The position numbers and the translations under genes are program-made. Below are positions 58,670 to 64,000 of a DNA stretch of 64,000 nucleotides, one piece after another. This DNA is from a virus (taxonomy: Duplodnaviria; Heunggongvirae; Uroviricota; Caudoviricetes), in IMG/VR virus record IMGVR_UViG_3300029906_000003, positions 1-64,000 of that record; one strand, 5' to 3'. Numbering within the stretch: the stretch's first letter is position 1; each line of letters starts with the position of its first letter. The notes below the pieces were generated by a model. That model was given only the letters and a program-made list of their open reading frames with translations, had not been told where the DNA came from and ran no database searches.

Positions 58670-60195
58670 ATAAAAGGATTGTAGATATGCAAAGTAATCT
58701 TCAAGTATTAGGAAATTTGTTGTTGAATCCTAGCCTTTTAGACCAGCCAGAATATAATGTAATCAAAGAAGATTTTACAGAAGATTTACATAGAGTAATT
58801 TTTGCCGCAGTAACTAATTTGTACAAGTTAGGAAATAAAGAAATTACTGCGCCTCTCATTAATGATTATTTAAGAGATAAAGTAAAAGCCTATACAATCT
58901 TCAAATCTTGTAATGGTATTAACTGGATAAAACAAACTCTTGAAATTGTTCAATCTAATGGATTTAATTATTATTATAAGAGAATGAAGAAGTTCACTCT
59001 TTTAAGAATGTATAATGATATTGGATTAGATATATCAAATTTTTATGATGCTGATAATGCTTTTGATTTAAAGAAGAAACAAAAGCAAGATGAATGGTTG
59101 GATAATACAGACGTTGAAGAAATAGCTGACTTAATTGATAAGAAAATTAATTCTATTAAGTTAAAATATGCGAATGTTTCAGAGTCAGATTTTTTTGATG
59201 GCGGCGATGGCATTGTCGAGTTGATTGAAAGTTTTAAATCAACCCCTGATGTGGGAATGCCTTTATATGGAGACATTATTAATACCGTAACGCGCGGCGC
59301 TCGTCTCGGAAAGTTTTATTTGCGCTCTATGCCGACAAATACTGGTAAGTCGCGTATGATGATTGCAGACGTATGTAACTTTGGATGCGATGAAATTTAT
59401 AATATTGAGACTGGTCGCTGGGAAAAGAATGGCGTGAAGGTAGAAACTTTATTCATCATTACAGAGCAGAAAAAAGATGAAGTACAAACTGCTATGTTGG
59501 CTTTTTTGTCTGGTGTTAATGAAGAAAAGATTAGATTATACTCATATAATGAGGATGAGTTGCAAAGAATTTATCATGCGGCTGAATTAATAAAGAACTC
59601 TAAAATCCATATAAAAGAATTACCAGATTTTTCCATGCAAGATATTGAAAATGCAATAAAATATTCAATTAATGAATGGGGAGTTCAATACGTATTATTT
59701 GATTATCTACATTCATCTTTGAAAATATTAAGTGAAGTATCTAGTAAAGCGCGAGTATCTAATTTAAGAGAAGATAACATTCTTTTTATGATTAGTACTC
59801 GCCTTAAAGATTTATGCACGCAATATGATATTTTTATTCTAACTTCCACCCAGTTGAATGGAGGATACCAAGATGCAACGGTATATGACCAGAACCTGTT
59901 GCGAGGAGCGAAGAGTATCGCGGACAAGACGGATATCGGAATGATTGGACTTGGTACCACAGAGAAAGACCGCGAGACACTGCAAAATCTCACTATACAG
60001 CTTGGTGTTCCAATGCCAAATATAAAAATCTCAATATATAAGAACAGGGGCGGCCGCTGGAAAGATATTATTCTATGGTGCAATGCAGATAAAGGTATTT
60101 GTAGATATAATCCAATCTTTGTTACAGACTATAACTATGAGTTGATTCCTATTGTTGATTTAAAAATTAATGTAGAGGATTTAAATAATGCTTGA
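58666..60195 (+). CDS. DnaB-family replicative helicase
   Basis: N-terminal DnaB-like domain; RecA-fold motifs GARLGKFYLRSMPTNTGKS and KNRGG. Confidence 0.7.
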   Translation: MNKRIVDMQSNLQVLGNLLLNPSLLDQPEYNVIKEDFTEDLHRVIFAAVTNLYKLGNKEITAPLINDYLRDKVKAYTIFKSCNGINWIKQTLEIVQSNGFNYYYKRMKKFTLLRMYNDIGLDISNFYDADNAFDLKKKQKQDEWLDNTDVEEIADLIDKKINSIKLKYANVSESDFFDGGDGIVELIESFKSTPDVGMPLYGDIINTVTRGARLGKFYLRSMPTNTGKSRMMIADVCNFGCDEIYNIETGRWEKNGVKVETLFIITEQKKDEVQTAMLAFLSGVNEEKIRLYSYNEDELQRIYHAAELIKNSKIHIKELPDFSMQDIENAIKYSINEWGVQYVLFDYLHSSLKILSEVSSKARVSNLREDNILFMISTRLKDLCTQYDIFILTSTQLNGGYQDATVYDQNLLRGAKSIADKTDIGMIGLGTTEKDRETLQNLTIQLGVPMPNIKISIYKNRGGRWKDIILWCNADKGICRYNPIFVTDYNYELIPIVDLKINVEDLNNA

Positions 60196-61294
60196 TAAAG
60201 ACCAAATAAAAAATTCTTTAAGTATCAATCAAATCTTTGATTTTTTATCAGAGTATGGCGGCGAGCCAATAGTGAAAGATAGTAATACTATTATTAGTAA
60301 AACTATCTGTCATAATGCAATAGAAGAAATAAATGATGCAAGTTATAAGTTATATTATTATGACAACACTCATTTGTTTCATTGTTATACTGGATGTGCA
60401 GAGCCTAGCTTTGATATATACGATTTAATGACTAAAATCAAAAATATTAATGGCAATGACCAATGGAAAATGGCTAATTCTGTTTTTTATATAGCAGAGT
60501 ATTTTGGTTATTCTCAATTAGATTCAACTTTAAGCCAAGAAGAAAAAGTTTTACCAGATTGGAAAATCCTTAAAGATTATGATAAAATAAATTTAGAAAT
60601 AGATGAAAAACAAATTGTTGAATTAAAAATCTATGATGAAAAAGTTCTTAGATATTTGCCTAGGCCGCATATCTTAAATTGGGAAAGAGAAGGAATAACT
60701 AAACAGGTCATGCAAAAGAATAATATTTGTTATGACCCTTTAAGTCAAGGGATAGTTATTCCACATTATAATATTGAGAATCAATTAATTGGAATAAGAG
60801 AAAGAACACTAATTAAAGATAAAGAAATAGAAGGAAAATATAAACCAGCTTTTTTGAATGGGCAATTATATAATCATCCATTAGGATTTAATTTATATAA
60901 TATAAACAATAGCAAAAATAACATAAAACTAATGCAGAAAGCTATTATCTTTGAGTCAGAGAAATCAACTTTGTTAATGCAATCATATTTTCCTGGAGCT
61001 GATATTAGTGTAGCGTGCTGCGGCAGCAATTTAACTAATTATCAATTCAAGTTATTGTTATCTCTTGGCGTAAATGAAGTTTCAATAGCTTTTGATAGGC
61101 AATTTAAGAAAGTTGGAGATGAAGAATTTAAAAGATGGACAAAAAAGCTGGAGAGTATTAATAATAAATATAAAGGCTTTTGTCGTATTACTTTTCTGTT
61201 TGATAAAAAAGGACTATTAAATTACAAAGATAGTCCAATAGATTGCGGGCCAGATATATTTATGAAATTATACACAGAAAGGATTGCTATGTAA
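60188..61294 (+). CDS. DNA primase (zinc-binding plus TOPRIM)
   Basis: CHNAI..HLFHCYTGC zinc finger; TOPRIM IIFESEKS. Confidence 0.7.
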   Translation: MLDKDQIKNSLSINQIFDFLSEYGGEPIVKDSNTIISKTICHNAIEEINDASYKLYYYDNTHLFHCYTGCAEPSFDIYDLMTKIKNINGNDQWKMANSVFYIAEYFGYSQLDSTLSQEEKVLPDWKILKDYDKINLEIDEKQIVELKIYDEKVLRYLPRPHILNWEREGITKQVMQKNNICYDPLSQGIVIPHYNIENQLIGIRERTLIKDKEIEGKYKPAFLNGQLYNHPLGFNLYNINNSKNNIKLMQKAIIFESEKSTLLMQSYFPGADISVACCGSNLTNYQFKLLLSLGVNEVSIAFDRQFKKVGDEEFKRWTKKLESINNKYKGFCRITFLFDKKGLLNYKDSPIDCGPDIFMKLYTERIAM

Positions 61295-61298
61295 GAAA

Positions 61299-63062
61299 AT
61301 GGGTTTTAACTTTAAACTAATTAATCCTAGAAATGAATTATATACAATAGAAGAATAGATATTAACGAATCGTGGAATCCCTTATGAATTAGTTAGCTCT
61401 TATTTGGATAGAAATAACTTTGATGACATTGCTGAACCAGAAACTTTAGGAGAAGAATTGTTGGAGAAGGCGGCTAAAGCAATAGGAGAATGTATTGAAC
61501 GCGGCGGCCGCACCCTTGTCATAGTGGATTGCGATGTTGATGGGTATACCTCTAGTGCTTTACTTGTCAATTATTTAAATCGTATTGCCCCCACATGGGC
61601 TAAGGACAATCTCTTTTATTATCATCATACCTCTAAACAACATGGTCTGGGAGATTGTATAGATGAAGCGTTGAAATATGATTTAGTTATTTGTCCAGAT
61701 AGTGCATCTTCTGATGTAAATGAGCATAAGAGATTATATGATGCAGGAATACCTTTAATCGTATTAGACCACCACTTGACAGACATCGGAGAAAATACTT
61801 TAAACTATCCTTATGCTATTATTATAAATAGCTAGTGCAATGGATACAAAAATAAAGATTTATCTGGCGTAGGAGTTGTTTGGCAGTTCTGTAGATATTG
61901 TGATAAAAGAATGAACCGCAATTATGCAGATGATTATTTAGACTTGGCCGCGGTTGGACTAGTAGGAGATATGATGGATTTGAAGTCTATGGAGACGAAG
62001 GAACTAGTCCAATTAGGGCTTGGCCGCATCCATAATCCTTTTCTTGTTGGTATGTGTGAGAAGAACGCTTTCTCAATGAAGGGTGCAGTTAATCCATTTA
62101 CCGTAACATTTTATATTGTGCCTTTTGTTAATGCGATAACTAGAAGCGGAACTCAAGAGGAAAAAGAATTAATTTTTGATTCAATGCTTGAGTCAAAAGC
62201 TAATAATAAGATTCTTTCAACAAAAAGAGGTCATAAGTTAGGAGAACAAGAAACAATCCTTACGCAAGCTCTTAGGGTAGTTACAAATGTTAAAAAACGT
62301 CAAACTGATGCTCAAGATGCTAGTGTAGAATATCTAGAGCGCATTATCGCAGAGAAAGGACTGGCCGCGCACAAAACTTTAATTATCACTTTAGAAAATA
62401 ATAATAAGGTTGAACCAGAAGTTAGAGGTTTAATTGCTAATAAATTAATGGCTAAATATTGCAGGCCTTGTTGCATTTTAACGTTGCGGAATGACATCTA
62501 TGAAGGTAGTGCAAGAGGATATGAAAAAGGTAGTGTGAAAGATTTCAAAAATATATGCGAACAAACTGGCTTGATTGAATACGCGCAAGGTCATATGTCC
62601 GCCTTTGGTCTTAGTGTGGCTAAAGAAAATTTAGCTAAATTTATTGAGACATTAGATGATATTCTTGTAGATTTTACCCCTGATTCTTCTTACTTTGTTG
62701 ATTTTATTTATGAGAATAAAGATATTCCTGATAAAGACATTCTGACTATTGCTTCCATGAATGATTTGTGGGGGCAAGGAGTAGCAGAACCTTATATTGC
62801 AATTATTCATTTAAAATTGACTAAAGATATGATAACACTAATGTCGCCTGGCGCGCATCCTACACTAAAGTTTTCTGTCAATAAAATAGGTATTATTAAA
62901 TTTAAAGCTAGTCAAGAAGAATATGAACAGTTAATAGCTGATGGATACGTTGAACTTAATATTATTGGTAGATGCGCAAAAAATGAATGGCATGGAAGAA
63001 TTTCACCTCAAATACTTGTAACTGATTATGAAATAATTAGTAAATGTGATTATGATTTTTGA
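61299..63062 (+). CDS. recJ: RecJ-like DHH-family 5'-3' ssDNA exonuclease with 2 in-frame TAG codons
   Basis: One frame from ATG 61299 runs through the TAGs at about 61365 and 61836 and joins track ORFs 61404-61835 and 61911-63062. Motifs ILTNRGI, VIVDCDVDGYTS, VLDHHLTD. Confidence 0.7.
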
Positions 63063-63145
63063 TTAAGCTGCTGTGGAAGCAGCTTTTTCTATATTGATAA
63101 AAAAGTAAAAATATGATATAATTATTATATATGAGGTGATAATTA

Positions 63146-64000
63146 TGGAATTGAATGAAGGCCAGAAGAAAGCTGTTCAAGAAGCAATTAAAAGAATCAA
63201 TAATCATGAAATTTGTACTTGTATAGCTGGGCCTGCGGGCACAGGCAAAGCTCAACCGGTAAGCACCAAGATTCCTACTCCAACTGGAAAAATGCGTATG
63301 GGCGATTTAAGGGTTGGAGACTTTGTTTTTAATGAAAAAGGTCAACCAACAAAGGTAATTGGAGTTTTTCCGCAAGGAGTCAAAGAAATTTATGAAGTTA
63401 GTTTACAAGATGGGAGAAAAACTCAGTGCTGCGAAGAGCATCTGTGGTATGTAAAGCAGATTGGCTGTAAGAATTGGAAAGTATTCACTACAAAAGAAAT
63501 ACTAGATAGCAATTTGTATTTGATTGCCGCATATAGAATCCCAGTATGTAATAATCCAGTAGAATATAATTATCCTGATGAAATTGGAATAGATTATTTC
63601 CTTGCAGGCCAGCAACTAGCTATTCAAGAAGAAGAGATTCCAGAATCTTATAAATATATTTCAATTCCTAGTCGTCATAAACTAATCCAAGGCTTAATGT
63701 CTTGGGGTGGCACGATAAATAGCGAGAGTTATGATGTTAGGTTTAGTACCAAAAATGAGGCACTGGCCGCAGATGTCCAAGAAGTGTTATATAGTCTAGG
63801 ATATATTTCTTCTTTATCTATTGATTTATCTTATCATTTGAATATTGATATTCCAAATAAGAAAAAATATAAGTTATTTGAAAAAGGCTCGGAACACTAT
63901 CTACTTGCATTGGAAGCAATGAAAATAAAGCAGCTTAGAGATTTTGATTCAACTGCTATTGTTAATATTCAACCAACTGGTCGTTATGAAGAGATGGTCT
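63146..64000 (+). CDS. SF1 (Dda/RecD-like) helicase, 5' part, interrupted by an intein (Hint plus LAGLIDADG-like domain) inserted in the Walker A motif; truncated by the window end
   Basis: LNEGQKKAV..CIAGPAGTGK, then AQPVSTKIPTPTGKMRMGDLRVGDFVF..KTQCCEEHLWYV (Hint blocks A and B), then YFLAGQQLAIQ. Confidence 0.55.

Overview
This window looks like a low-GC (~30-32%) segment of a large virulent tailed phage with a Firmicutes-like host. The host call rests on Shine-Dalgarno sites of the AGGAGG type and many sigma-A-like promoters (TTGACA-17-TATAAT and extended -10 TGATATAAT).

Layout:
- 2.1-7.9 kb, leftward: accessory genes (nicotinamidase-like, vWA, J-domain/kinase-like, SPFH, nucleotidyltransferase).
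- 8.3-16.9 kb: a giant, repeat-rich tail-fiber-like ORF that ends in an SGNH/GDSL esterase domain.
- 20.1-28.6 kb: a dense leftward tRNA island of about 27 tRNA or tRNA-like genes, including a CUA-anticodon suppressor tRNA and an intron-containing tRNA-Leu(UAA).
- 28.7-33.5 kb, leftward: a phage sigma factor, a 3D-domain lytic lipoprotein and small proteins.
- 33.7-64 kb, rightward: a metabolism, repair and replication block. It holds a PurA-like/HD pair (candidate PurZ/DatZ), ABC permease plus binding-protein-OmpA, PspA-like, an RNA-repair set (RNA ligase, PNK-like kinase, phosphoesterases), endolysin, RNase H, type II topoisomerase A and B subunits, NAD-dependent ligase, a ThyX-like enzyme, Sak4-like ATPase, DnaB-like helicase, primase, RecJ and a helicase that runs off the window.

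Genome-wide peculiarities:
(i) TAG is read as a sense codon in at least 13 genes, while TAA and TGA still terminate.
(ii) Selfish elements are frequent: GIY-YIG endonucleases, a LAGLIDADG-bearing group I intron, a tRNA intron and an intein.
(iii) The octamer GCGGCCGC and related GGCCGC hexamers are about 30-fold over-represented.

Coordinates I derived myself (not taken from the ORF track) may be off by 1-2 nt.
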